This document shows positions 49,999 through 60,442 of a stretch of DNA of 64,000 bases, in pieces (within the stretch, counting starts at the first letter, position 1; each line of letters opens with the position of its first letter). Position numbers and translations under genes: made by a program. Source of the stretch: a virus; the IMG/VR virus record IMGVR_UViG_3300034190_002630, one strand, 5' to 3'. The notes below the pieces were generated by a model that saw nothing but the letters and a program-made list of their open reading frames with translations, did no database searches and was not told where the DNA came from.

Positions 49999-50020
49999 TA
50001 TAAATAATTATGTATAAATA
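49999..50020 (+). promoter_or_regulatory. Tandem late promoters
   Basis: TATAAATA at 49999 and 50013. Confidence 0.7.
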
Positions 50021-50041
50021 TAAAAAAAGGAGAACATCCCC

Positions 50042-51448
50042 ATGGCTAACGAACTAGACAAAACCATTGAGGAATTAGAAGCGGAAGTTTTGGCTGAACT
50101 AGAGGAAGCCGCACATGATGCTCCTAAAAAGAATGCTGCTCCTGCCGAACCTATGGTAGCAGCTCCAAAAGATGGTGCAACAAACGTAGAAAAAGGTGCT
50201 AAACCTGCCGAGGTAGGTGCCGCTTCTGTCGCTGCTGGGAAATCTGGTAAAGAGATTACGAATGACCCTGCACAAAAAGGCGAAGTAAAACCTGAACCTG
50301 CCCCAAAACTCAAAGAAAAGAAGCACAAAGAAGAAGGTATGCATGACTTAAACAAAGAAGGTATGCATAAAATGGAAAAAGTCCATAAAGAAGGTGCTCA
50401 CGAAGACGATGAAGAAGAGGGCGAAGACGATAGTGGTATGGAAGGTATGCACAAAGAAATAGATCATGGCAAAATGAAAGAAGATATGATGAAGGCTATG
50501 AAGTCAATGAAAAAAGACGACATGGTTGAATTATATGCTCAATATATGAAGAACGCTATGAACATGACTAAAGATGAAATGTATAAAGAAATGATGAATG
50601 GCATGGACAAAATGTCAAAAGGCAAAATGGAAAAACTTCACGCTGCCTATCATTCAGAAATGGGTCATCCAAACGATGACGAGAAAGATGCAAAGACTGA
50701 AGAAAGACTAGCATCTGTAAACGTTAAAGAACACGTTGACGCATTACTATCATCTGATAGCAATCTTTCAGAAGAATTTAAAGTTAAAGCTGCAACAATT
50801 TTTGAAACTGCTGTAAAATCTAAGATCAGAGAAGAGATCAAAAGATTAGAAGAAGAGTATCAGTCAGAATTAAGAACTGAAGTTGCTGATGTACATGAAA
50901 CACTAACAAACAAAGTTGACAACTACTTAAACTATGTGGTTGAAGAGTGGATGAAAGAAAACGAACTTGCTCTTGAGCGTGGTCTCAAAGGCGAAATCGC
51001 TGAAGATTTCATCTCAGGTCTAAAAACATTGTTTGAAGATCATTACATTGATGTGCCAAACGAGAAGTACGATGTACTTGAGGCACAAGCTGAAAAAATT
51101 TCTAAGTTAGAAGAGAAGTTAGAAAAAACAATTCAAGAAGTTGTTGATGCGAAGAAATCTAACGGATCACTAATAAAAGAAAAGGTTATTAAAGATGTAA
51201 CATCTGATTTAACCGACACAGAAATTGAAAAATTTGAGTCTCTTGCTCAAGACGTAGAATACACTGAAGAGGGAGTTTATACTGAAAAGTTAAACACACT
51301 TAAAGAATCCTACTTCCCAAAACAGAAGGTTCAAACCGAAACACATGATGAAGTAGAAACTGGCACCGCTGTAGAGGACTTGAATGAAGACAGTTCAATT
51401 GCAGCCTATATGTCTGCGATTGGCAGAACAGTCAAGAGTGCGAAATAA
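50042..51448 (+). CDS. gp22: Prohead core scaffold
   Basis: LSEEFK.KA.TIFE.AV, VD.YL.YVVEEW..EN, F..GLK.LF. Confidence 0.92.
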   Translation: MANELDKTIEELEAEVLAELEEAAHDAPKKNAAPAEPMVAAPKDGATNVEKGAKPAEVGAASVAAGKSGKEITNDPAQKGEVKPEPAPKLKEKKHKEEGMHDLNKEGMHKMEKVHKEGAHEDDEEEGEDDSGMEGMHKEIDHGKMKEDMMKAMKSMKKDDMVELYAQYMKNAMNMTKDEMYKEMMNGMDKMSKGKMEKLHAAYHSEMGHPNDDEKDAKTEERLASVNVKEHVDALLSSDSNLSEEFKVKAATIFETAVKSKIREEIKRLEEEYQSELRTEVADVHETLTNKVDNYLNYVVEEWMKENELALERGLKGEIAEDFISGLKTLFEDHYIDVPNEKYDVLEAQAEKISKLEEKLEKTIQEVVDAKKSNGSLIKEKVIKDVTSDLTDTEIEKFESLAQDVEYTEEGVYTEKLNTLKESYFPKQKVQTETHDEVETGTAVEDLNEDSSIAAYMSAIGRTVKSAK

Positions 51449-51478
51449 TAAATAGTAAGATATAAAAGAGGAGAGACA

Positions 51479-52798
51479 ATGTTTCAATCAAAAAACTTAC
51501 AAGAGAAGTGGCAGCCAGTCCTTGAGCATCCCGAATTACCAAAAATCGATGATGCCTACAGACGAGCTGTTACTACTGTCATCTTGGAAAACCAAGAAAA
51601 AGCGTTAAGAGAAGACAGAGCGTTCTTAGGTGAAGCTGCACCAACAAACGCAACTGGTTCTTCAATTGACAATTGGGACCCAATCCTAATTTCATTAGTA
51701 AGACAATCAATGCCAAATCTTATTGCGTATGATGTCTGTGGTGTTCAGCCAATGACTGGCCCAACAGGTCTTATCTTTGCAATGAGAGCAAGAGCAAAAT
51801 CACAAGCAGGCGCACAAGCGTTGTTTGACGAGGAAATTCCATTTCTATCAAACCAAGACGCTGCAGGCGACACAGGTGCTGGTGATCAGTCAGGTACTAA
51901 CCCTGCTGTTCTAAACGATTCACCTGCTGGAACTTACAGTTCTGCTACTGGTATGACAACAGCACAGGTTGAAGCATTAGGTGATACAACCGCTGATGCT
52001 TTCGCAGAAATGGCTTTCTCAATCGAGAAGCACACTGTGACTGCCGTATCAAGAGCTTTAAAAGCAGAATACACAATGGAACTTGCACAAGACTTAAAAG
52101 CAATCCATGGTTTAGATGCAGAGACAGAGCTTGCTAACATTTTATCAGCAGAAATCTTAACAGAGATCAACAGAGAAGTGATCAGAAACATCTACTTCTC
52201 AGCTGTAAAAGGTGCTCAAGTAAACACAACAAACGCAGGTATCTTTGACTTAGACACAGACTCAAACGGTCGTTGGTCAGTTGAAAAGTTCAAAGGACTT
52301 CTTTTCGGTCTTGAAAGAGATGCAAACGCAATCGGACAAGAAACACGAAGAGGTAAAGGTAATATCATCATTACATCTGCTGACGTTGCTTCTGCTTTAC
52401 AAATGGCTGGTGTTCTAGATTACACACCTGCATTATCAACTAACTTAAACGTAGATGATACATCAACAACTTTCGCTGGTGTATTAAACGGTAGATACAG
52501 AGTGTATGTAGATCCATATGCTGCAAACGTATCTGCATCACAATACTACATTGTTGGTTACAAAGGTACATCACCTTATGATGCTGGTATGTTCTATTGC
52601 CCATATGTTCCACTACAAATGGTGAGAGCAGTTGGTGAGAACACATTCCAACCAAAGATTGGCTTTAAGACAAGATATGGTATCGCCGCAAACCCATTCC
52701 ACACTGGTAAAAGAGCTGCTGGTCAAGATGGTGCGATCTCTATCGATGCTAACTCTAACAAATACTACAGAAGAGTTAAAGTCGCAAACTTAATGTAA
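51479..52798 (+). CDS. gp23: Major capsid protein
   Basis: KW.P.L, GVQPM.GPTGLIFA, ELAQDLKA.HGLDA, YCPYVPL, FQPKIGFKTRYG. Confidence 0.98.
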   Translation: MFQSKNLQEKWQPVLEHPELPKIDDAYRRAVTTVILENQEKALREDRAFLGEAAPTNATGSSIDNWDPILISLVRQSMPNLIAYDVCGVQPMTGPTGLIFAMRARAKSQAGAQALFDEEIPFLSNQDAAGDTGAGDQSGTNPAVLNDSPAGTYSSATGMTTAQVEALGDTTADAFAEMAFSIEKHTVTAVSRALKAEYTMELAQDLKAIHGLDAETELANILSAEILTEINREVIRNIYFSAVKGAQVNTTNAGIFDLDTDSNGRWSVEKFKGLLFGLERDANAIGQETRRGKGNIIITSADVASALQMAGVLDYTPALSTNLNVDDTSTTFAGVLNGRYRVYVDPYAANVSASQYYIVGYKGTSPYDAGMFYCPYVPLQMVRAVGENTFQPKIGFKTRYGIAANPFHTGKRAAGQDGAISIDANSNKYYRRVKVANLM

Positions 52799-52820
52799 TC
52801 TTACTATACAAAAATTAAGA

Positions 52821-52842
52821 GGGGGCTTCGGCCCCCTTTTTT
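52821..52842 (+). terminator. Rho-independent terminator
   Basis: GGGGGC-TTCG-GCCCCC followed by T6, after gp23. Confidence 0.92.
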
Positions 52843-52861
52843 ATTTCTACTAAATAATATC

Positions 52862-53443
52862 ATGGCGACAGTTTCAAGACAACCAACTACAATGGACTAT
52901 GTTAGTCCTACACAGTTTAAATTTACAATCACTCAACTTCCAAAAGTAGAGTTCTTTGTTACAAACTGCAATCTACCTGGCATTAGTCTTGGTGAAACTA
53001 TATTTCCTACACCTTTCAAACCAATACCTGTACAAGGAGACGAACTTACTTTTGATAATCTATCAATAGGTTTCCAAGTATCAGAGAATCTAGAAAACTA
53101 TATTGAATTACATAACTGGTTATTAGCGATTGGATTTCCTAAGTCAAGACAACAATTCGCAACACATAGAAGTACAACATCAAATACTTCAAATACAACT
53201 AGAGGTGGAACGACAAATGATATTGGTAAAGTCGAGTTGCAAACACCTGCTAATCCAATGTTTTCTGATGCAACGCTTACAATTTTATCAAACAAAAACA
53301 ATCCGTTAGTTGAGGTAAGATTTGAGGATTTATATCCAACAACGTTGTCTGCATTAGAATTTACACAAGAAGAAACAGATGTTACTTACATAAAAGCAAC
53401 ATCAGAATTTACATATAAATATTACGAAATAATTACATTATAA
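52862..53443 (+). CDS. gp3: Tail tube terminator
   Basis: F.F.I..LP.V.FF....LPGI, V.E.L.NY.E..NW, SDATL.IL. Confidence 0.9.
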   Translation: MATVSRQPTTMDYVSPTQFKFTITQLPKVEFFVTNCNLPGISLGETIFPTPFKPIPVQGDELTFDNLSIGFQVSENLENYIELHNWLLAIGFPKSRQQFATHRSTTSNTSNTTRGGTTNDIGKVELQTPANPMFSDATLTILSNKNNPLVEVRFEDLYPTTLSALEFTQEETDVTYIKATSEFTYKYYEIITL

Positions 53444-53479
53444 TTGACTTTTAGTTAATATTATGTTAGGATACTTATT

Positions 53480-53908
53480 ATGACCTTAGATGAATTAAAA
53501 CAAATCGTTTACAAACAATTACCCGTAGATAAAGATCACTTAGATACAGAGTCTTTGAGAAACCAAGAACTATATGCAAAGTTCATAGATTATAAAACTA
53601 ACTTTGATTTTTTACTTGCAAAAGCAAAAGGTGAATACAAAGTTTTATATAAAGAAAAATGGGAATATTATGGTGGAAAAGCAGACGCAAAAATATATGT
53701 CACAAAACCATTTGATCTCAAAGTTTTGAAAAATGATTTACATATCTACATAGAATCTGATAAAGAAATAATTGATGCAGAAAATAAAATAGTTTATTTA
53801 GAAACTACTGTAAAATACATTGATTATGTTCTGAAATCAATTCAGTCTAGAGGGTGGGATATAAAAAATGCAATTGAGTGGAAAAAGTTTGAAGCCGGAA
53901 TGGTTTAG
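53480..53908 (+). CDS. uvsY: Recombination mediator
   Basis: WEYY.GKA, PF.LKV.K, R.W.IKNAIEW.KF; TTGACT-17-TAGGAT promoter at 53444-53472. Confidence 0.92.
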   Translation: MTLDELKQIVYKQLPVDKDHLDTESLRNQELYAKFIDYKTNFDFLLAKAKGEYKVLYKEKWEYYGGKADAKIYVTKPFDLKVLKNDLHIYIESDKEIIDAENKIVYLETTVKYIDYVLKSIQSRGWDIKNAIEWKKFEAGMV

Positions 53909-54383
53909 TAAAGTTCAACAAATGAGAAACGAGGAAGTTGACTTCCTCTATGAAATGGTTGAACAAACTGAAGGTGACATACTTGAGATAGGTATGGGTG
54001 GTTCTACTTTTGCATTTTTAGATGCCACAAAGGATACAGATAGACAAGTTTGGTCAATCGATATGAAAAATAAACTTGAAAAATATTATGATTATATTCC
54101 ACAAGACTATCAAGAGAGATTAAATTTTATTCAAGCAGATTCACATCAAACAGTATTGCGAAAAGAGTTTGGATTATTATTGATTGATGGTGATCATCAT
54201 TTTGATGCAGTTAGAAAAGATACAATGTCATTTTGGTCAAACGTAAATGATGACGGACTAATTTTGTATCATGATTATGATTTAAAAGAAGTAAATCAAT
54301 TTGTTGATTCATGGATATATGATTTCGAATATGCCTTAGTTCATAAAATACAAAACAATCTCATCGCACTAAAAAAAGTATGA
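53868..54383 (+). CDS. Class I SAM-dependent methyltransferase (Methyltransf_24-like)
   Basis: ILEIG..GST, SID, LIDGDH, G.I.YHD; true start may be 53922. Confidence 0.8.
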   Translation: MQLSGKSLKPEWFSKVQQMRNEEVDFLYEMVEQTEGDILEIGMGGSTFAFLDATKDTDRQVWSIDMKNKLEKYYDYIPQDYQERLNFIQADSHQTVLRKEFGLLLIDGDHHFDAVRKDTMSFWSNVNDDGLILYHDYDLKEVNQFVDSWIYDFEYALVHKIQNNLIALKKV

Positions 54384-55813
54384 TCTTTGTACATAAACTA
54401 AATGATGTCTACCTTCAGGTAGAATGTGAACCACATGTTTCAAGAGAGTTAAGTTCGTTCTTTGAGTTTGAAGTGCCTGGTGCAAGATTCATGCCTGCCT
54501 ATCGTAATAGAATGTGGGATGGTAAGATTAGATTATTCTCACAAAAAACAAACAAAATTTATGTTGGATTACTTTCATATCTTGAAGATTTTTTTAAAAA
54601 TAATGAACTAGAATATGTTTTGCATGAAAATGTAGAAGATAAAAAGTTGATAAATGTAAATGATGTGAATGGATTTGTTAAGTCTTTGAAGATCCCTTTT
54701 GAAGCAAGAGATTATCAATTTGGTGCAATATGCACTGCGATTGAAAAATCAAGAAGATTATTTTTATCACCAACTGCATCTGGTAAGTCTTTTATCATCT
54801 ATTGTTTAGTTCGTTATTATAGAATGATGAACAAAAAAATATTAATATTAGTTCCAACGACATCGCTTGTAGAACAAATGACAAGTGATTTTATATCATA
54901 TGGTTGGGATGATGATAACATACATAAAGTTTATTCGGGTTATGATAAACAAACAGATAAACCTGTTGTGATATCTACATGGCAATCGCTTTACAAACTT
55001 CCTAAAAAATATTTTGAACAATACCAATGTATCTTTGGTGATGAGGCACACACGTTTAAAGCAAAGTCACTTACTAGCATCATGGAAAAATTAGAAGATT
55101 GTCCTTATCGTTTTGGTTTTACTGGTACACTTGACGGAACACAAACACATAGATTAGTTTTGGAAGGTTTATTTGGAAAGGTAGAAAAAGTTATTTCTAC
55201 AAAAGAACTTATGGATAAAAAAACATTGGCAAAATTAGATGCAAACTGCATCGTGCTTAAATATGGTGAAGATGAAAGTAAACAAATTAAAGATCATAAA
55301 TATTCTGAAGAAATAAATTTTCTTGTAAGTCACAATAAAAGAAATACGTTCATCATTAATTTATGTAAAAGATTGAAAGGCAACACCCTATGTCTATTTC
55401 AGTTAGTCGAAAAACATGGTAATGTATTATACGATATGATGAAAGGTGATAATACTCATTATGTACATGGAGGCACAAGTGCTGAAGACAGAGAGAGAGT
55501 TAGAGAACTTGTTAACAATTCAAATAATTCAATTATTATTGCATCGTATGGTACTTTCTCTACTGGTATTAATATTCCTAATCTTAATAACATCGTGTTC
55601 GCAAGTCCAAGTAAAAGCAGAATACGTGTGTTACAATCGATTGGCCGTGGATTGCGTAAGTCCACAAATAAAGATTCCGTATTAATTTATGACATATGCG
55701 ATGATCTATCATACAAAGGTAAGAAGAACTTTACATTATTACATTTTGAAGAAAGAATAAATATATACAACGAGGAAAGTTTCTCATATAGGATAAACAC
55801 AGTAAACATATGA
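54380..55813 (+). CDS. uvsW: SF2 RNA-DNA/DNA helicase
   Basis: WDGKIRL, SPTASGKS, DEAH, G.TGT, QSIGR.LR. Confidence 0.96.
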   Translation: MIFVHKLNDVYLQVECEPHVSRELSSFFEFEVPGARFMPAYRNRMWDGKIRLFSQKTNKIYVGLLSYLEDFFKNNELEYVLHENVEDKKLINVNDVNGFVKSLKIPFEARDYQFGAICTAIEKSRRLFLSPTASGKSFIIYCLVRYYRMMNKKILILVPTTSLVEQMTSDFISYGWDDDNIHKVYSGYDKQTDKPVVISTWQSLYKLPKKYFEQYQCIFGDEAHTFKAKSLTSIMEKLEDCPYRFGFTGTLDGTQTHRLVLEGLFGKVEKVISTKELMDKKTLAKLDANCIVLKYGEDESKQIKDHKYSEEINFLVSHNKRNTFIINLCKRLKGNTLCLFQLVEKHGNVLYDMMKGDNTHYVHGGTSAEDRERVRELVNNSNNSIIIASYGTFSTGINIPNLNNIVFASPSKSRIRVLQSIGRGLRKSTNKDSVLIYDICDDLSYKGKKNFTLLHFEERINIYNEESFSYRINTVNI

Positions 55814-56217
55814 CACAACAAATAATAAAATTTAATTCAGGTGATCAAGTGATTTGTGATGTTATCAAAGATTCAGGTGATTATCTATCTATCGAAAACC
55901 CAATGAAAATGGATACAGTACCAAGAGTAACAAGAAAAGGTATTGTTGAATCGTTAACATTATCAAGATGGTTATATCCTTATAGTGAACAAAAGATATG
56001 CAAAGTAAGAAAAGATTCAATTACAACAATAATGTCTGCATCTGAAGGTATGAAAACATTTTATAGAAGACAACTAGATCAAGGTGTAAAAACTGAACTA
56101 AAAGTTCATGATTGGGATGCAAAAGATTTAGGAGAAGATTTTGATGAAGATGAAGTTAGAAGATACCTTGAAAGTTTAGAACCTTCAAAGTCTGTAAAGA
56201 AAAAGATACTTCATTAA
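55810..56217 (+). CDS. Conserved hypothetical protein (Sm-like) between uvsW and gp55
   Basis: IIK..SG.Q.IC; synteny. Confidence 0.7.
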   Translation: MTQQIIKFNSGDQVICDVIKDSGDYLSIENPMKMDTVPRVTRKGIVESLTLSRWLYPYSEQKICKVRKDSITTIMSASEGMKTFYRRQLDQGVKTELKVHDWDAKDLGEDFDEDEVRRYLESLEPSKSVKKKILH

Positions 56218-56236
56218 CTCATACAGGACAAGCCTG

Positions 56237-56264
56237 ATTATACAGGTTTAAAAAATAAAGTCAA
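56237..56264 (-). promoter_or_regulatory. Antisense sigma70-like promoter
   Basis: TTGACT-16 nt-TATAAT on the - strand. Confidence 0.5.
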
Positions 56265-56319
56265 GGGTAAATAAAATTTTTTTGATTGACATTTATCCCA
56301 TAAAGTGATAGATTATTAC

Positions 56320-56859
56320 ATGGCCAGAACTAAGAAAAATCCACAACATTATGTAGATAATAAAAAACTTTTAGAAGAAATGAAAAAGTTTAAAAAGGAT
56401 TGTAAAGATGCTGATGCAGTTGGTGATAACATGCCACCTGTACCTGATTATATTGGCGAGTGTTTTTTAAAAATTGCAAATGGATTATCATTTAGACCTA
56501 ACTTTATTAATTATACTTATAGAGATGAGATGATATCAGATGGCATAGAAAATTGTTTACAATACGTATATAATTTTGATCCAAATAAATCTAATAATCC
56601 TTTTGCATATTTTACTCAGATAATATATTTTGCGTTTATTAGACGTATTCAAAAAGAAAAAAAACAAACACATATCAAACATAAAATAATTGAGAAAGAA
56701 GAATATAGAACACATGATACTTTGGCAATGGATTCAACAAATTATAGTATTCATGGTTTTGATCCTACTATCATGTTACCTGATGAACCAGTTTACAAAA
56801 CAAAAGAAAAAGAAAAATCACAACAACCGTCTGGTCTTGAGGAGTTTATGGAAGATTAA
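56320..56859 (+). CDS. gp55: Late-transcription sigma factor
   Basis: HYVDNK, YIGECFLKIA, NF.NY..R.EMI.DGIE, NPFAYFTQI; TTGACA-17-TAGATT promoter at 56286-56314. Confidence 0.96.
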   Translation: MARTKKNPQHYVDNKKLLEEMKKFKKDCKDADAVGDNMPPVPDYIGECFLKIANGLSFRPNFINYTYRDEMISDGIENCLQYVYNFDPNKSNNPFAYFTQIIYFAFIRRIQKEKKQTHIKHKIIEKEEYRTHDTLAMDSTNYSIHGFDPTIMLPDEPVYKTKEKEKSQQPSGLEEFMED

Positions 56860-57920
56860 TGAAAGTTGCTATATTATGTGATTCGCACTTTGGTGCAAGA
56901 AATGATAATTCTTTTTTTCTAGAATATATGTTACAATTCTATGAGGGAATATTCTTTCCTTATTTACAACAACACGATATCAAAACTGTAATTCATTTAG
57001 GTGACTTAATGGATAGAAGAAAATATGTATCTATTAAAACTGCGAAAGAATTTAGAGAAAGATTTATGCTTCCTATAAATCATTTGAAGTTAGACTTTCA
57101 TTGTCTTGTTGGTAATCATGATATCTTTTTTAAAAATACAAATGATGTAAATTCTTTAAGAGAACTAATTGATGGTAGATCAAATAAAATTAAAATATAT
57201 GAAGATCCAACTGAAGTCAATATAGGTGGACTAGATATTTTATTTTTACCATGGATTACACCACAGAATCAAATATACGCTGAGGGTATGATAGATTCTA
57301 CAGATGCTTCTATCGTAATGGGTCATCTAGAAATAAAAGGTTTTCAAATGTACAAAGGGATACAAAGTGATCATGGTATCGATAAAAGTTTATTCTCAAA
57401 GTTTCAATCAGTGTTTTCAGGTCATTATCATCATAAATCAGATGATGGTCAGATATATTATCTTGGAGCACCTTATGAGATTTATTGGAATGATTACAAT
57501 GATCCAAAAGGATTTCATATATTTGATACAGAAACTTTAGAACTAACAAGAGTTTTAAATCCTTTCAGAATGCATGAAAAAATATTTTATGATGATACAC
57601 AAACAGCATATGAAAATCATGATGTCACACAATATACAAATAAATTTGTAAAGGTAGTAGTTGTTAATAAAAAAGATCTCTATCAGTTTGATAGATTTAT
57701 GGAAAGACTAATGAAGGCAAACTGTCATGATGTCAAAGTAATTGAAGACTTTTCTGATTTATCTGCTGATTCAGTATCAGATGATATAGTTCAGTATGCA
57801 GAAGACACTACGACATTAATAAACAAATATGTTGATGAACTTGAGATAGAATTAGATAAAGATAGAATCAAAAGAATTATGAGAGGATTATATAATGAGG
57901 CACAAGATTTAGAGTTATGA
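56859..57920 (+). CDS. gp47: Recombination endonuclease subunit (Mre11/SbcD-like)
   Basis: D.HFG, HLGD..DRRK, GNHD, GHLE, SGHYH. Confidence 0.96.
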   Translation: MKVAILCDSHFGARNDNSFFLEYMLQFYEGIFFPYLQQHDIKTVIHLGDLMDRRKYVSIKTAKEFRERFMLPINHLKLDFHCLVGNHDIFFKNTNDVNSLRELIDGRSNKIKIYEDPTEVNIGGLDILFLPWITPQNQIYAEGMIDSTDASIVMGHLEIKGFQMYKGIQSDHGIDKSLFSKFQSVFSGHYHHKSDDGQIYYLGAPYEIYWNDYNDPKGFHIFDTETLELTRVLNPFRMHEKIFYDDTQTAYENHDVTQYTNKFVKVVVVNKKDLYQFDRFMERLMKANCHDVKVIEDFSDLSADSVSDDIVQYAEDTTTLINKYVDELEIELDKDRIKRIMRGLYNEAQDLEL

Positions 57921-59626
57921 TTAATTTTAAAACTGTGCGTTGGAAAAATTTTCTTTCTACTGGTAATCAATTCACAGAGATACCTTTAGATAAAAATGCG
58001 ACAACACTTATCGTTGGCGAAAACGGTGCAGGCAAATCAACAATATTAGATGCACTATGTTTTTCACTATTTGGAAAACCTTTTAGAGTGATTAGTAAAT
58101 CACAATTAGTAAATTCTATTAATGATAGAGAGACAGTTGTTGAAGTTGAGTTTAGTATAGGAACTAAAGAATGGAAGATCGTAAGAGGTATTAGACCAAA
58201 TACTTTTGAGATATATTGTGATAATATTTTAATTAATCAAGATGCAAACTCAAGAGATTATCAAAAATTTTTAGAACAAAATGTTTTAAGATTAAATTAT
58301 AGATCATTTACACAAGTTGTCATTTTAGGATCATCTACGTTTGTTCCTTTTATGCAACTCAAAGCATCTCATCGTAGAGAAGTTGTTGAAGAGATACTTG
58401 ACATAAAAATATTTTCTATCATGGGTATGTTACTAAAACAAAAGATAAAAGATATCGCAGATGAAATAAAAGAGTTGGATTATCAGTTTGAACTTGCAGT
58501 AGAAAAGATTGCAATGCAACAAAATTACATTGATGATATGAAAGCAAATAAAGAACAAATCATATCAGATAAACAAGTCACACATAAAAATAATAAAACT
58601 GTTTTAGATGAAAGAACTGAAGAGTTTGATTTTATTGGTGATGAAAGTATTGACTTGATGAAACAAGTAGATGATCAAGATATCGTAAAAAATAAACTAC
58701 AAAAGTTTAATAATCTTAGGGCTACACTGATTGAAAAACATAAACAGTTAACAAAAGATGCAGATTTTTTTAAGAATAATGATAACTGCCCAGTATGTTT
58801 ACAAGATATAGAGTCTTCACACAAACAATCAATGTTAACAGATAAAGAAAATAAAATAAAAGAAATAGTTGATGGCGCAACTAAACTTAAAGATGAATTA
58901 ACAGATGTTGAAAATAGATTGAATGAGATCAATGATATAATGACAAAAGTTCGTGATAATGAAGTTAGAAGAGCAGAGTTATCATCATCGATTACAGAAT
59001 TAGAAAAATATAATAAAAAACTAGAAGATGAGATTGCATCATTTGAGGCAGGTTCAGTATCAGAGACAGACATTGATAAATTATCAAATATGAAAGATGA
59101 ATGCAAGGGTATCGAGAATACTAGAAGTACAAAGAAAGAAGAGAGAACTTACGTACACGCAGCCAGAGATATGTTAGATGATGCAGGTATCAAAACAAAA
59201 ATCATCAAACAATATCTGCCAATTATGAATCAATTAATTAATAAGTATTTAATGTCTATGGAGTTTTATGTAAACTTTAATCTAGATGAAAACTTTAATG
59301 AAACTATTAGATCAAGATTTAGAGATGCGTTTAATTATGCGTCATTTAGTGAAGGTGAAAAAATGCGTATTGATCTTGCTTTACTTTTTACATGGAGAGC
59401 GATTGCAAAGATGAAAAATTCTACAAATACAAATCTTTTAATACTTGATGAGATATTTGACAGTTCACTTGATGGTCAAGGAACAGATGAATTTTTAAGA
59501 ATATTAAATACACTTGATAATGAAAATGTATTCGTAATAAGTCACAAAGGTGATCAACTTGTAGATAAATTTAGAAATAGTATCAAGTTTGAAAAGACAC
59601 AAAACTTTAGTAGGATAGCATCATGA
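57917..59626 (+). CDS. gp46: Recombination ATPase (Rad50/SbcC-like)
   Basis: GENGAGKST, CPVC Zn hook, FSEGEK.RIDL, LILDE.FD. Confidence 0.97.
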   Translation: MINFKTVRWKNFLSTGNQFTEIPLDKNATTLIVGENGAGKSTILDALCFSLFGKPFRVISKSQLVNSINDRETVVEVEFSIGTKEWKIVRGIRPNTFEIYCDNILINQDANSRDYQKFLEQNVLRLNYRSFTQVVILGSSTFVPFMQLKASHRREVVEEILDIKIFSIMGMLLKQKIKDIADEIKELDYQFELAVEKIAMQQNYIDDMKANKEQIISDKQVTHKNNKTVLDERTEEFDFIGDESIDLMKQVDDQDIVKNKLQKFNNLRATLIEKHKQLTKDADFFKNNDNCPVCLQDIESSHKQSMLTDKENKIKEIVDGATKLKDELTDVENRLNEINDIMTKVRDNEVRRAELSSSITELEKYNKKLEDEIASFEAGSVSETDIDKLSNMKDECKGIENTRSTKKEERTYVHAARDMLDDAGIKTKIIKQYLPIMNQLINKYLMSMEFYVNFNLDENFNETIRSRFRDAFNYASFSEGEKMRIDLALLFTWRAIAKMKNSTNTNLLILDEIFDSSLDGQGTDEFLRILNTLDNENVFVISHKGDQLVDKFRNSIKFEKTQNFSRIAS

Positions 59627-59739
59627 TACATAAAAAAATTAAAAAAATAAAATTATATATTTTATTGTATTGGAATACATTCTTAAAAAGATTTAAGAAA
59701 AAAGAAAAACATGACACTTTCATCTACGAAGATAAATGA
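59623..59739 (+). CDS. 38-aa basic peptide
   Basis: ATGA coupling; MIHKKIKKIKLYILLYWNTFLKRFKKKEKHDTFIYEDK. Confidence 0.45.
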   Translation: MIHKKIKKIKLYILLYWNTFLKRFKKKEKHDTFIYEDK

Positions 59740-60442
59740 GGTTTCAATTGGTATTACAAACTTTTGTAATGCAGGTTGTCCTCAATGTCATCGCACTAAT
59801 CCTAATGGGTTGAATACAGTTGATTGGTTGCCACTAACGTCTTGGTCACTTGATGACTTCAAAAGAGCATTTCCAACATTTAAAAATATTAATATTATTG
59901 AGTTCTGTGGTATTTGGGGCGATCCAATCATGGCAAAAGATATATTTGAAATCTGTAAATATATAATAGACAATTCAGATTGTAAAATAGAAATACTAAC
60001 AAACGGTTCTATACGAGATGAAACTTGGTGGTGGAATCTTGGAGTTATGTGTGGAAACAGACTTGAGGTTATTTTTGATATTGATGGCATAACACAAGAG
60101 ATGCATCAACAATATAGAAGAAAAACTAACCTGCAAAAGATACTTAACAATATGGAAACATTAACATCAACGTTTGCAAAAGCAAAAACATTTACAGTTG
60201 TTTTCAAACATAATGAAGATTACATTGAAGAAATAGAAAAACAAAATAAATCTCATGGTGCATTTTTTTGTGAGTTTGTTCATTCAAATAGAATATTTGA
60301 TGAGGAAGATAAGTTTCATTATGTGGATGAAAATGGCGAAAAACAATTTTTAGAAAAATCTTACAAAAAACTTCCTGTAACAACTTGGAGTTGCAGTTGT
60401 GATATTTGTAGACCAAAGAAAGATTTCAATGATAGAGTGTGA
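59711..60442 (+). CDS. Radical SAM core domain
   Basis: CNAGCPQC, FCG.WGDP, TNGS, FDIDG. Confidence 0.88.
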   Translation: MTLSSTKINEVSIGITNFCNAGCPQCHRTNPNGLNTVDWLPLTSWSLDDFKRAFPTFKNINIIEFCGIWGDPIMAKDIFEICKYIIDNSDCKIEILTNGSIRDETWWWNLGVMCGNRLEVIFDIDGITQEMHQQYRRKTNLQKILNNMETLTSTFAKAKTFTVVFKHNEDYIEEIEKQNKSHGAFFCEFVHSNRIFDEEDKFHYVDENGEKQFLEKSYKKLPVTTWSCSCDICRPKKDFNDRV

